64,000 nt of DNA from an uncultured Candidatus Binatia bacterium (GCA_964291295.2 OZ219754.1:2400001-2464000); one strand, 5' to 3'. Counted from the first letter of the stretch, positions 9,950 through 19,127 are shown. Numbers and translations are program-made. The notes: generated from the letters alone by a model not told the origin.

Positions 9950-10453
9950 ATGATTAATGACAGCACGACAAGGCGAAGCCGGCAACCGCGCGGTTGGAAG
10001 CGAATGTTCCTGGACAATGAGGGAAACCCTTCTTCTATGCGCGTAATGTCGGCCGTCGCATTTGTGACCTCCGCATACCTTGCTATCATAGAAGTATTCT
10101 ACAAAAAGGCGTCGGGAGGCGGGGTTGGCAGCAGCGATACCGAGCTCGTGTTCTATTTTCTCGTAGCCGCTTTCATGCCAAAGGCGCTGCAGAAATTCGC
10201 GGAAGGCGACGGTGAGACGACCGCGGCCGGTGTCTTCGACAACAGAAAGCGGTGGTTAACGGATAGGAATGGAAATCCGTCGTCCATGCGATTGATGTCG
10301 CTGGGATCACTGCTGGTTGCGATGGCCTTGGCAGTGATTGAAGTCCAGGACTGGGGATCGGGGGAAGGTAAGAACGAATTGGTGTTGTACTTCCTCGCGG
10401 CAGCTTTCGTGCCGAAGGCTATCCAGAAGTTTGCCGAGAGTGCCCGACAATGA
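9950..10453 (+). CDS. Hypothetical membrane protein made of two tandem copies of a 2-TM unit (holin-like size and topology)
   Basis: D..GNPSSMR[VL]MS...ELV[FL]YFL.AAF[MV]PKA[LI]QKFAE occurs twice. Confidence 0.7.
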   Translation: MINDSTTRRSRQPRGWKRMFLDNEGNPSSMRVMSAVAFVTSAYLAIIEVFYKKASGGGVGSSDTELVFYFLVAAFMPKALQKFAEGDGETTAAGVFDNRKRWLTDRNGNPSSMRLMSLGSLLVAMALAVIEVQDWGSGEGKNELVLYFLAAAFVPKAIQKFAESARQ

Positions 10454-10664
10454 CGGCGCCTACGAAAGTGGAGAGTAACATAGCGGACTCAATCTGTCGG
10501 TCCTCGAATTGTCCGCAGACAACCGTTGAACCCACATCGAAGACCGCACTCTAGCGCTGGAACTTAACTCCTCCATGGCAGTATCGGATCTCTCTCTCTG
10601 TCCTGTGCATCAGTTCATTGTGGAATGTGTGGTCGTCGAATGGGTAGTTTCCAGTGCAAGGCAG

Positions 10665-11444
10665 TTAGGAACCCCAGAAAATAGTGCCATCGCGTCCAGT
10701 CGTTAGTACTCGGCGGGTATGTCCTTTCAAGTTGATTCCTAACGCATGTGCAGCGTAAGTATTGGTTTCCTCCTGAGTTGCAAATTGTTTTGTCCCGTCA
10801 GAGAAGACGACAACTTCGGGGGTACAATAATCGAATATTTCTTTGCAGTATCCACTTGCTCTTCCGTGGTGAGAAGCGATGAATACAGTTACTCTCGATA
10901 GGCTGTCTCGGAAATCAGTAATTTGGAGCAGTTTTTGCCAGGCAGGTTTCTCAATATCCCCAGGAATCATGAAATTGCTCATAGGGGTCTCGAGAAAGGT
11001 CACTAAACTCAGGTTGTTGGTATCCTGAAAGTCTGTAGGGTAGGTACAGTAGAAATTCTTAAGTGTGACATCCGGAAAGCTCGGCGGGTTTGTGACATCC
11101 GAATTGTCGCTGTCGTGCATTGCCAGAAGAGTAGACATCGCATCCGTTATGGGTCCACTCTTTTCCTTAAGTTGTTTTAGTTGAGTCGGTGTAATTGATG
11201 GATTTCCGTGTAGTATGTCTATGCGGACGGCACGCCGGAGATTTGGCAAATCACTGATATGATCTTCGTCATAGTTCGTGATAAACATCCGATGGACAAT
11301 AGATACCCCAGATTGAGGTAGAAACTGTGAGGGTCTATTTTCTGGATCTGTCCTGTGCCCGCAGTCCCATAGCATGACGTTGCCGTTGTCATGCTTCAGA
11401 TGAGCACAAAACCCGTGTCCGACGTCGTGTATTGTAAATCTCAT
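10665..11444 (-). CDS. Metallo-beta-lactamase-fold hydrolase (ComEC/Rec2-like MBL domain)
   Basis: DVGHG, WDCG, ITNYDEDH, NNLS, PGD and ASHHG motifs; markedly AT-rich compared with the rest of the window. Confidence 0.8.
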   Translation of the reverse strand: MRFTIHDVGHGFCAHLKHDNGNVMLWDCGHRTDPENRPSQFLPQSGVSIVHRMFITNYDEDHISDLPNLRRAVRIDILHGNPSITPTQLKQLKEKSGPITDAMSTLLAMHDSDNSDVTNPPSFPDVTLKNFYCTYPTDFQDTNNLSLVTFLETPMSNFMIPGDIEKPAWQKLLQITDFRDSLSRVTVFIASHHGRASGYCKEIFDYCTPEVVVFSDGTKQFATQEETNTYAAHALGINLKGHTRRVLTTGRDGTIFWGS

Positions 11445-11490
11445 AGTGCTTTCCGTAGCCTAGCTCCAAAGCACTTTGCGGCACACACTT

Positions 11491-12522
11491 TTAGCGCGAA
11501 CGAAATTCTGCGAGCCCAGTGTGCTCCACAAGGTGGCAAATGTTTTGGAGGGTAAAGACCTTGCCGCGCGTAGACAGAAGCAGCTTCTTCATATCCCCGC
11601 GGCGGACACCGAAGCCGCGCCCGGCGATACAGGCAACGACTTCGAACCGCGGTTGATCCGAAGGCTGTCCTTGGGTGCTGAGGGCACCAAGATGCTGGAC
11701 GCGAGTCACCTTGTCGCGAGCAGTTCCGTCGTCTTCGGTCAGCTTCGCTTCGATGACCACCTTGGGGTTGAACTCGTTCGGTACTACGAAGTCAGGTGCT
11801 TGGTCAAAACCCTCCAGACGTTCGGCCCGTCTTGTTTTGCGGTAACTAATGCCCGCACGGTGCAGGACGTCCTCAATCGCGTTCTCGACCACATTGCCGA
11901 TCAACTCGCTGATGGAATCGCGATGGCCTGCGAACGGACGGCCAAGTAGGCGTTCGTAAAGCAGGACTGAATAAGGGATGCCAAGATCGGCTGAGGATCG
12001 AACGCTGGCCATGCCGGTCCTGGTATCCGCCTTGTCGAGCCGGTGGAGTGAATCGGACGATTGCCCATGTACTCCTGCCTTGAGGGCATGGCAGGCTGCG
12101 GCGACCAACGCACGAATGCGCAGTTGGGTTACGCTTCCTGCTTTCGACCATCCGGCCTCCGGGTTGATGCGAATCTTCCGGTCGATAGTGCGGGCCGCGC
12201 CCTGCGTGATCTCGACACCGGTGTGCTGGCTGGTGTAGTAGGCCCACTCCGGCGGTGTGAAGCCGAGCATGCAACGAAGGACAATGAGAACAATCGGGGT
12301 CTCGAGAAAGGCCGGAGCGACTGTCTCTACGGTCACGTCACGAAATCCTCCAGTGGCACGTTTCAAGACCTCGTATCCGTGTTCGAATACCTTGAACTCA
12401 ACGAACCCCTTTCCCTTGGGCATGGTGAGGAATTCGGATTCAAGACAGTTGAACACGGCATCGACGTAGGCGTCGAGGTCCGACTGGACCTCGACGAAGT
12501 TGACCTCAAAAGGAAACGGCAC
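11491..12522 (-). CDS. PD-(D/E)XK endonuclease, probable Type II restriction enzyme
   Basis: C-terminal APDFVVP..VIEAK..DDGTARDK catalytic-type motif. GTG start at 12522 after GGAGG, overlapping the end of the methyltransferase. Confidence 0.7.
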   Translation of the reverse strand: MPFPFEVNFVEVQSDLDAYVDAVFNCLESEFLTMPKGKGFVEFKVFEHGYEVLKRATGGFRDVTVETVAPAFLETPIVLIVLRCMLGFTPPEWAYYTSQHTGVEITQGAARTIDRKIRINPEAGWSKAGSVTQLRIRALVAAACHALKAGVHGQSSDSLHRLDKADTRTGMASVRSSADLGIPYSVLLYERLLGRPFAGHRDSISELIGNVVENAIEDVLHRAGISYRKTRRAERLEGFDQAPDFVVPNEFNPKVVIEAKLTEDDGTARDKVTRVQHLGALSTQGQPSDQPRFEVVACIAGRGFGVRRGDMKKLLLSTRGKVFTLQNICHLVEHTGLAEFRSR

Positions 12523-14698
12523 GGCGAGTTCCCTCCGTCGTTCGGCCTGCCGCAGGCCCGACCAGTGGCACGCCAGGGCGTGACATGGCGGAAGCTGCCG
12601 AGCGGGCAAGCTCATCGGGGTCACCGTAATTCATCATCGCGTGACGTAACATGGTGATTTTGTCTGTCGTGGGCAGTGAACGCTCCCATGTCTCTCGGTT
12701 TAGCCAGATAGCAATTCGGAGAAGGTGACCGAAGAGGATGCAGCGGATATCGCCATGCGTGGCGGCCCTGCCAGCATCCGAAAGGTGCGCAAGGTCCTCA
12801 CGCACGACCTCAAGCAGTTGTTCGCGGGTATCGAACAGCCAGTGTTCCGGCACCTCGCCAGTCCCCCGGCACACGAACACGGTGTCGACGACCGATGACG
12901 TCGTTCCATGGATGTGGATCGAGCCGGTCATTTCTGCCGGGCAAGGCAACGATGCCGAGCATGCAAGGCCGGCTTCCAGGATTGCAACGCCCACTGCGCA
13001 GTAGGCGTCGGGGGTTTTATGGTGATAGGTAAAGACCAGAGGGGCTCCTGGTTTCAATGCCTTGGCCATCCGGCGGTACACCTCGGAAAGCCCCTCAGTG
13101 AAATGCTCCAGATCACGTTCCTGGGTAACGTTGCCCGTCAACTCGTTCGGTGACCTTGTCGAGGGGCGGTCGAGTCCTCTGGTTTCCTTGCCCACCAGGC
13201 GGCGAAGCCACACGTAACAGAAGTCCATCAACTCGCCGTACTGCACGTTGCCGAAGTAGGGTGGATCGGTGAACACCGCGTCAAGGCTGGCGGGCGCAAA
13301 TGCGGTCTCGGTCGCACTGCAGCAGTGTATGGAGACACGGCGGCGGGTGCAGTCAAGACTTTTGCCGATGCGTTCGTATTCAATGGGAACCCGGATCTTG
13401 CGCGATCCGACATGACGAACTTCGTAGGGCGCGTCGCAATAGCGTTTCGCCCTGATGTACTTGTCCACGATGTTGCTCCAGCCGCCGGATCCGATGTTGG
13501 AACCCGTACCGTTGACGATACCGAGCAGGTTGGATTCGCATTGCACCAAGCTGACCGGAAATCCGTGTACGGAGAAGATGTCGAGCGACTTGAGGGCCAT
13601 CGTGTCGTATCGGCACAACATGTTCTGGTAGCGCAGCAGGTCCGACAGATTCGTTGCAAGCGCATGGCGGATACGGTTGTCTTCGATCTCCGAGATAAGC
13701 CGGCAGCTCAGTTCCAGACCGAGGAGCTGCCGAGGATTGAACATGTCGCGGTAGCGGGAATAGCCCCACCGATGCAACCGGTGCGTCTCGTCACCCGGCG
13801 GAATGATCTGGTCGGGGGCGAAGCGCACATCAAGCCCCGTCCATCGACTCATCGCAGCGGAGGCGCGGGCGATGTCGTCCGCATCGGGTTTCTTGAAAAA
13901 ACGTCCCTTGTGAACTGCCTTTCGTTTGGGGTTGTAGTACTCGATTGCGAAGAGTCGGTGGTTGAGCGGCCGCCGCGCATGGCCGGGGTAGTTGTTGGAA
14001 TGGCCGCAGTGAGGGCAGTCGCACCGACCACGTCGAGCGGGGCCCGACTGCTGAAGCGCAGATCCGCAGACCGTGCAGTCACCAGGATCCTTGCGATCCT
14101 CGACTTGGTTGAGGCCGCCACAATCCGCACAAATCAGGATATCCATGGGATGACGCCGGTTTTCAGCGAGAAGGTACCCAGGGAAAAGGTCGAAGGACTC
14201 TCCGCACGCTCCGCAACTGAGCGTCTTGACCCACAAGAAGGACTTCACGGGCACATTCTCATCGCCGTAGAGCGGACAGGATGTCCGGTAGTAGTCGTCG
14301 AGTTCGCGGCGAAGGACGGCGATCAGGGACTTCGCGGCTCGCTCGTAGGCATCAATGTCCAGGTGCTCGATCTCCTCGCGCACGATCCACGCGGACATGG
14401 GGTTGATATCGAAGCCGGCCACATCGCACCCAAGCCGATTGGCCTCGATCAACGGGGTACCACCGCCCATGAAGGGATCGGCAACACAACGGCCAGAGAA
14501 GTCGTTCGAGCGGAAGAATGTCTGTTCCAGGCTACCTTGGCCGAATTCCGCGAGGACAAGACCGCGGAACAAGGTGCCCGGACGGCGGGCGAACCACTTG
14601 TGAACACCGATGATGGGGCGGTAGCTTTGCTGGTTCTGCTTCTCCCGCAGGGCCATCCTGGCGATGAACGACACATCGAAACGCCGTTCGATGCTCAT
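12506..14698 (-). CDS. DUF1156-like amino (N6-A/N4-C) DNA methyltransferase with Zn-ribbon insert
   Basis: HKWFARRP, motif I DPFMGGG, motif IV TDPPY, and several CxxC pairs (CGAC, CADC, CTVC, CPHC). Confidence 0.85.
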   Translation of the reverse strand: MSIERRFDVSFIARMALREKQNQQSYRPIIGVHKWFARRPGTLFRGLVLAEFGQGSLEQTFFRSNDFSGRCVADPFMGGGTPLIEANRLGCDVAGFDINPMSAWIVREEIEHLDIDAYERAAKSLIAVLRRELDDYYRTSCPLYGDENVPVKSFLWVKTLSCGACGESFDLFPGYLLAENRRHPMDILICADCGGLNQVEDRKDPGDCTVCGSALQQSGPARRGRCDCPHCGHSNNYPGHARRPLNHRLFAIEYYNPKRKAVHKGRFFKKPDADDIARASAAMSRWTGLDVRFAPDQIIPPGDETHRLHRWGYSRYRDMFNPRQLLGLELSCRLISEIEDNRIRHALATNLSDLLRYQNMLCRYDTMALKSLDIFSVHGFPVSLVQCESNLLGIVNGTGSNIGSGGWSNIVDKYIRAKRYCDAPYEVRHVGSRKIRVPIEYERIGKSLDCTRRRVSIHCCSATETAFAPASLDAVFTDPPYFGNVQYGELMDFCYVWLRRLVGKETRGLDRPSTRSPNELTGNVTQERDLEHFTEGLSEVYRRMAKALKPGAPLVFTYHHKTPDAYCAVGVAILEAGLACSASLPCPAEMTGSIHIHGTTSSVVDTVFVCRGTGEVPEHWLFDTREQLLEVVREDLAHLSDAGRAATHGDIRCILFGHLLRIAIWLNRETWERSLPTTDKITMLRHAMMNYGDPDELARSAASAMSRPGVPLVGPAAGRTTEGTRRAVSF

Positions 14699-14928
14699 GG
14701 CCTCTTCACGCTCGATCCCCTGTGACCGTCTCGGTCCCGTGCCGAAGTGAGGACAGGGCTGATCGTCGTTGTCTGGTTTCGGTGGGGAAGCTTCTCAATC
14801 GCATGACGTACCACCCGGGAGGCCGATGCCGCCTCACGTTTGGCAGTCTCTACCAGGGTCGCACATGTCGGCCGGTCCAGCTTGACCGTCGGCATGGCGG
14901 GTCTGACACGTCCACGAGGTCGAGCCAT
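14695..14928 (-). CDS. Ribbon-helix-helix (CopG-like) regulator of the methyltransferase operon
   Basis: MARPRG..TVKLD...LVETAKRE..SASRVVRHAIE fits a beta-alpha-alpha RHH pattern; its TGA overlaps the methyltransferase ATG (ATGA). Confidence 0.6.
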   Translation of the reverse strand: MARPRGRVRPAMPTVKLDRPTCATLVETAKREAASASRVVRHAIEKLPHRNQTTTISPVLTSARDRDGHRGSSVKRP

Positions 14929-14963
14929 GAGATCAGCATAGTGCAGCACAGAACCAATCGCAA
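14929..14963 (-). promoter_or_regulatory. Sigma70 promoter predicted to give a leaderless transcript, with an operator-like palindrome
   Basis: Minus strand reads TTGCGA-17 nt-TATGCT-6 nt-ATG; the spacer contains GTGCTGCAC (GTGC-N-GCAC). Confidence 0.6.
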
Positions 14964-15045
14964 TCTGACTCCGCAGCTGCTCGACAACCACGCAAAAAGA
15001 GTCGGCGCCCGCCCGGGGAGGGCCGCGGTGGGCCGTTCCGGTGTC

Positions 15046-16725
15046 CTACGCCTCCCGCCGCGATACCAGCAGGTGCAGCCCCAGCGACAGCGCAAGCATC
15101 AGTACGCCGATGACGGCGCCGATGCCGAACTGACCTTCGTCGAAGGCGCGCTGGAAGAGCAGGGTGGAGAGCACCTCGTTGCCGTAGGTGAACAGGATGA
15201 CGGCCCCGGCGAACTCCCGCAGGTAGATCTGGAACAGCAGCACCCACACCGAGAACAGCCCGCTCCGGAGGAACGGGATGACGATGCGCGTGATGGTGCC
15301 CAGTGCGCTGGCCCCCGAGGTCCAGGAGGCTTCCTCGAACTCCTTGTGGAACTGGAACAGGAACGGGCTCAGGGTCCGCAGCGCGAATGGCAGGTAGTTG
15401 CCGATGAAGTAGAGCAGCAGGATCCACAGGGTGCCGTAGACCGGCGTCCGGATGTAGGCCCACACGAAGCCCACCGCCAGGATCGTGCCGGGAAAGGCCA
15501 GCGGCAGCATGGTGGCGGCCTCGATGGGTCCCTTGAGCCTGACGCCGCTGCGCACCAGCAGGTAGCCGACTCCCAGCGCGATGGCGACGGTGGCGGTGGC
15601 GGCGGCGAAGCACAGGATCAGGGTGTTGCCCAGGGCGCGCCAGAAGACCGCGTCTTCCAGGGCCGCGGTCCAGTGGCTGAGGGTGAGCCGGGTCAGCAGG
15701 TCCAGGCTGGGGGAGGCCACGAATTGCGAGAAGGAGAGCAGCACGATCACCAGCGCCGGAAGCACGATCACCACCGCGAAGTAGAGCGTGCAGCAGGCCA
15801 GGGCCAGGTAGCGCCACCGCCCCAGGTGGTGGACGTTCTCGGGTCTGGCCTTGCCGGTGACGGTGACGAAGCGCTCCGCGCGCCTGACCAGATGCCGGTA
15901 GAGGAACAGCGAGATCAGGCTGACGGGGATCACCATCATGGCCAGGGCGGCGGCGGTGTTGTAGTAGACCAGCGACTGGTAGTCCGAGGCGATGATGTTG
16001 AATATGGCGGAGGTGAAGACGAAGATGCCGCCGGGCGCGCCGATGAGGATGGGCACCTCCAGGGTGATGAGGCCGATGACGAACACCAGCAGGAACGAGG
16101 ACAGGATCAGGGGCCGCAGCACCGGCAGGGTCACCCGGCGAAGCGTTCCCATCACCGTGTTGCCGCAGGCCAGGGACTGTTCTTCCAGCGACGGGTCCAT
16201 GAGCCGGAAGGCGTTGAGGGCGATGAGGAAGACGATGGGCGACTCGTAGAGCACCATGATGAAGATCATCCCGGGGAACGAATAGATGTTGAACAGGTGG
16301 GTGCCGAAGAGTTCCCGAAACAGCACGTTGAGGACGCCGATGCGCGGACTCAGCAGCAGGATCCACGCAAGTGCCGCGATGATCACCGGAAAGGCCCGGG
16401 GCACGATCCCCAGCTTGGCGAAGACGGCGCCGCCGGGCATGTCGGTGCGCACCACCAGGAATGCCATGGTGACGCCCAGGAGCACCGAGATGGCCGCCAT
16501 CACGAAGGCGAACACCAGCGAGTTGAAGATCAGCGTGGGGATGTCCGCAGGGATGCTGAGGTTCAGGGCCCGGAACCAGTTGTCAAGGGTGACGTGGCCC
16601 GCGGCCACCGGCGAGGACGACCAGAAGCTGCCGAACACCAGCGCCAGCACCGGGACGAGAATGACGAAGCCGATGACCACCATCAGGAGGGCGTACACGG
16701 CCCTCATGGCCTTCTCGGTGTGCAT
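15046..16725 (-). CDS. Fe3+-type ABC transporter permease (FbpB family, two fused TM domains)
   Basis: Two EAA-like loops (SLEEQSLACG, EFEEASWTSG), about 12 TM segments, FVTVTGK linker. Confidence 0.88.
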   Translation of the reverse strand: MHTEKAMRAVYALLMVVIGFVILVPVLALVFGSFWSSSPVAAGHVTLDNWFRALNLSIPADIPTLIFNSLVFAFVMAAISVLLGVTMAFLVVRTDMPGGAVFAKLGIVPRAFPVIIAALAWILLLSPRIGVLNVLFRELFGTHLFNIYSFPGMIFIMVLYESPIVFLIALNAFRLMDPSLEEQSLACGNTVMGTLRRVTLPVLRPLILSSFLLVFVIGLITLEVPILIGAPGGIFVFTSAIFNIIASDYQSLVYYNTAAALAMMVIPVSLISLFLYRHLVRRAERFVTVTGKARPENVHHLGRWRYLALACCTLYFAVVIVLPALVIVLLSFSQFVASPSLDLLTRLTLSHWTAALEDAVFWRALGNTLILCFAAATATVAIALGVGYLLVRSGVRLKGPIEAATMLPLAFPGTILAVGFVWAYIRTPVYGTLWILLLYFIGNYLPFALRTLSPFLFQFHKEFEEASWTSGASALGTITRIVIPFLRSGLFSVWVLLFQIYLREFAGAVILFTYGNEVLSTLLFQRAFDEGQFGIGAVIGVLMLALSLGLHLLVSRREA

Positions 16726-16765
16726 GGGCTCGGTTCTCCGTCCCGTCCCGGAAAGGCCGCCGGCG

Positions 16766-17494
16766 CTAAGCGGTGCGCAGGAGAAAGAGCTGGCCCGAGA
16801 TGTGGCGCGCGGCGTCCGACATCAGGTAGCGGACCAAGCCGGTGATTTCGTCCTTCCGGGTGAATCCTCCCATGAGCGGAGACGCCGCCTGTTTCGCGTT
16901 CCACTGCTCTTCCGACATGCCCGCCCTGGCCATGTCGGTGTCGGTGGCGCCGGGTCCGATGGCGTTGGCGGTGACGTTGCAGGGCGCCAGCTCCATGGCC
17001 AGGGTTTTGGTGAAGGCGATCACCCCGCCCTTGGACGCGGCGTAGTGGGCGCCCAGCCGCTGACCGGTGACGCCCCGGCCCGAGGCGACATTGATGATCC
17101 GGCCCGACTTGCGCCCGGCCATGTGCCGGCCCGCGGCCTGGGAACAGAGGAACAGCCCGGTGAGATTCACCCGCATCACCCGCTGCCATTCCTCCACCGG
17201 CATCTCCAGTACCGGACAGCGCCTGATGACGCCGGCCGCGTTGAGCTGGACGTCGATGTGGCCGTATTCCGCGATGGCCGCCGCGACCATGGCGTCGACG
17301 CTGTGCCTGTCGCCGACGTCCACGCCCAGGGCCAGCGCCTGGCCGCCATCCTTGCCGATCTCCGCAGCCAGCGCCCGTGCCCCCTCATGGTTGAAATCGG
17401 CCACCACGACCCGGTGTCCGTCCCGGGCCAGCCCGCGGCAGACCGCCGACCCGATGCCGCCGGCGCCGCCGGTTACCACAACCACCTGTGACAT
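16766..17494 (-). CDS. Short-chain dehydrogenase/reductase (FabG-like)
   Basis: TGGAGGIG, NAAG, NVAS and YAASK motifs. Confidence 0.9.
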   Translation of the reverse strand: MSQVVVVTGGAGGIGSAVCRGLARDGHRVVVADFNHEGARALAAEIGKDGGQALALGVDVGDRHSVDAMVAAAIAEYGHIDVQLNAAGVIRRCPVLEMPVEEWQRVMRVNLTGLFLCSQAAGRHMAGRKSGRIINVASGRGVTGQRLGAHYAASKGGVIAFTKTLAMELAPCNVTANAIGPGATDTDMARAGMSEEQWNAKQAASPLMGGFTRKDEITGLVRYLMSDAARHISGQLFLLRTA

Positions 17495-17542
17495 GTCATC
17501 TCCCGAGGTTCAGGGACAGGGTATCTCTCTTTCACGCTCCCG

Positions 17543-18271
17543 TCACGGCGTTCGCAACAGGAACGTCTGCCCGGTGATGTAGCGTGCCGCGTCCGACAAG
17601 AGATAGCGTACCAGTCCGGTGATCTCGTCCTTCCGGGTGAGGCCGCCCTGCAACGGCTCCACCGCCCTGATGGCCGCCCACTGCTCTTCGGTGTAGCCGG
17701 CCCGGGCCATGGGCGTCTCCGTCCGTCCCGGACAGATGTTGTTCACCAGGATGTTGTCCGGTGCCACCTCCACCGCCATGGACTTGGTAAAGGCGATGAC
17801 GCCGGCCTTGGAGGCCGCGTAGTGGGCCGAGTAGGGCGCGCCGGCGATGCCCCGGCCGGAAGCGACGTTGAGGATGCGCCCGCGCTTGTGCGGCCGCATG
17901 GCCGCGGCCGCCGCCTGGCTGCAGAGGAACACGCCCCGAAGGTTCACCCGGATCACTCGGTCCCACTCGTCCTCGGTCATGTCCGCGATGGAAAAGCGGC
18001 CCATGAGGCCGGCGAAGTTGATCTGATGGTCGAGTTGTCCGCAGGCGTCCACGGCGCTCCGGACCATGGCCTCGACGCTGTGCTTGTCGCCCACGTCCAC
18101 GCCTGCGGCCATCGCCTCCGCGCCCCGGGATCGGAGCCCGGCCGCCACCGCCTCCGCATCTTCTTTTCTGAAATCGGCGACCACGACCCGAAATCCGTCT
18201 TCGGCGAGCGCGGCGCAGACCGAGGAGCCCAAGCCGCCCGCACCGCCGGTTACGATTACGACTTCCGCCAT
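17543..18271 (-). CDS. Short-chain dehydrogenase/reductase (FabG-like), paralog of the adjacent gene
   Basis: TGGAGGLG, NVAS and YAASK; start MAEVVIVTGG at 18271 after AGGGAGG. Confidence 0.9.
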   Translation of the reverse strand: MAEVVIVTGGAGGLGSSVCAALAEDGFRVVVADFRKEDAEAVAAGLRSRGAEAMAAGVDVGDKHSVEAMVRSAVDACGQLDHQINFAGLMGRFSIADMTEDEWDRVIRVNLRGVFLCSQAAAAAMRPHKRGRILNVASGRGIAGAPYSAHYAASKAGVIAFTKSMAVEVAPDNILVNNICPGRTETPMARAGYTEEQWAAIRAVEPLQGGLTRKDEITGLVRYLLSDAARYITGQTFLLRTP

Positions 18272-18415
18272 GATGATGTGTTCCTCCCTGTGCGCGGTCC
18301 CGGGACACGGAAACCTGGGTGGCGTGCCCTTCGCAGCCAGCCGATCCATATCCCGGCAGTCGGGAAAAGCAAGCGAGAATGCCCGCTTCAACCGTCCCCG
18401 AGTCCGTGGCAGGGG

Positions 18416-18805
18416 TCAGAAATGGCCGGGTCGGTGGATACGGACGGTGGTGCGGTCGAAGCGCCGCCGCAGCCGGCGCTTGAACGCGTTTCGCGTGACG
18501 GGAACGAGCAGCAGGAAGCCGAAGGCGTCCGTGAGTATGCCCGGTGTGATCAGCAACAGTCCCGCCGCCAGGATGATGACTCCATCCAGCATCTCTTCCG
18601 CCGGGACGATGCCCTGGGCGAGGTTTCGCTGGATCTGCCTCAGGGTCCGCAGCCCTTCCAGCCGGGCAAGGATGGCCCCCAGCGCGCCCGTGCCGAGGAC
18701 GAGCAGGATCGTGCTGGGCGCGCCGATGACCGTGCCCACCTCGATGAGAAGATAGAGTTCGATCAGGGGAACGACGGTGAACAGCAGGAGGAGTCGGGCG
18801 AACAT
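18416..18805 (-). CDS. fxsA: FxsA family membrane protein
   Basis: [13 protein letters not shown] and [17 protein letters not shown] motifs. Confidence 0.85.
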   Translation of the reverse strand: MFARLLLLFTVVPLIELYLLIEVGTVIGAPSTILLVLGTGALGAILARLEGLRTLRQIQRNLAQGIVPAEEMLDGVIILAAGLLLITPGILTDAFGFLLLVPVTRNAFKRRLRRRFDRTTVRIHRPGHF

Positions 18806-19127
18806 GGGATCATGGAGAAGCGGGCGGCCTGTTCGGATGGTGCCGGTTGAAAGAGCCGCGCCAGGATGGACAGCGCGCCCGGGCCGGGGCGGCTGGAGTG
18901 CGCGTCAGGGTTCGGCGTCCGTCGAAGCCGCGGGGCAGACCATCACCGCCTCCAGCACCGCATACGCCAGCGCCGCCATGGACGGCCGCGCCAGGTTTGA
19001 TGGCGGCGTCAGGGGTGACGGCGGCCTCCGCGGGCGGCAGGGTAGGGACGCGCATGTGTCGTGTCATAGGGGACCGGACCGGATATTGCAATGGTGCCAC
19101 GGTTCGCGCCCCCTGTCCGAACGGCGC

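Noticed and set aside
14722-16845. 707-aa plus-strand ORF (likewise 23489..25963, 3998..6013 and 30537..33935)
   Set aside because: These overlap well-supported genes on the other strand or frame and have low-complexity Arg/Gly/Pro-rich translations.
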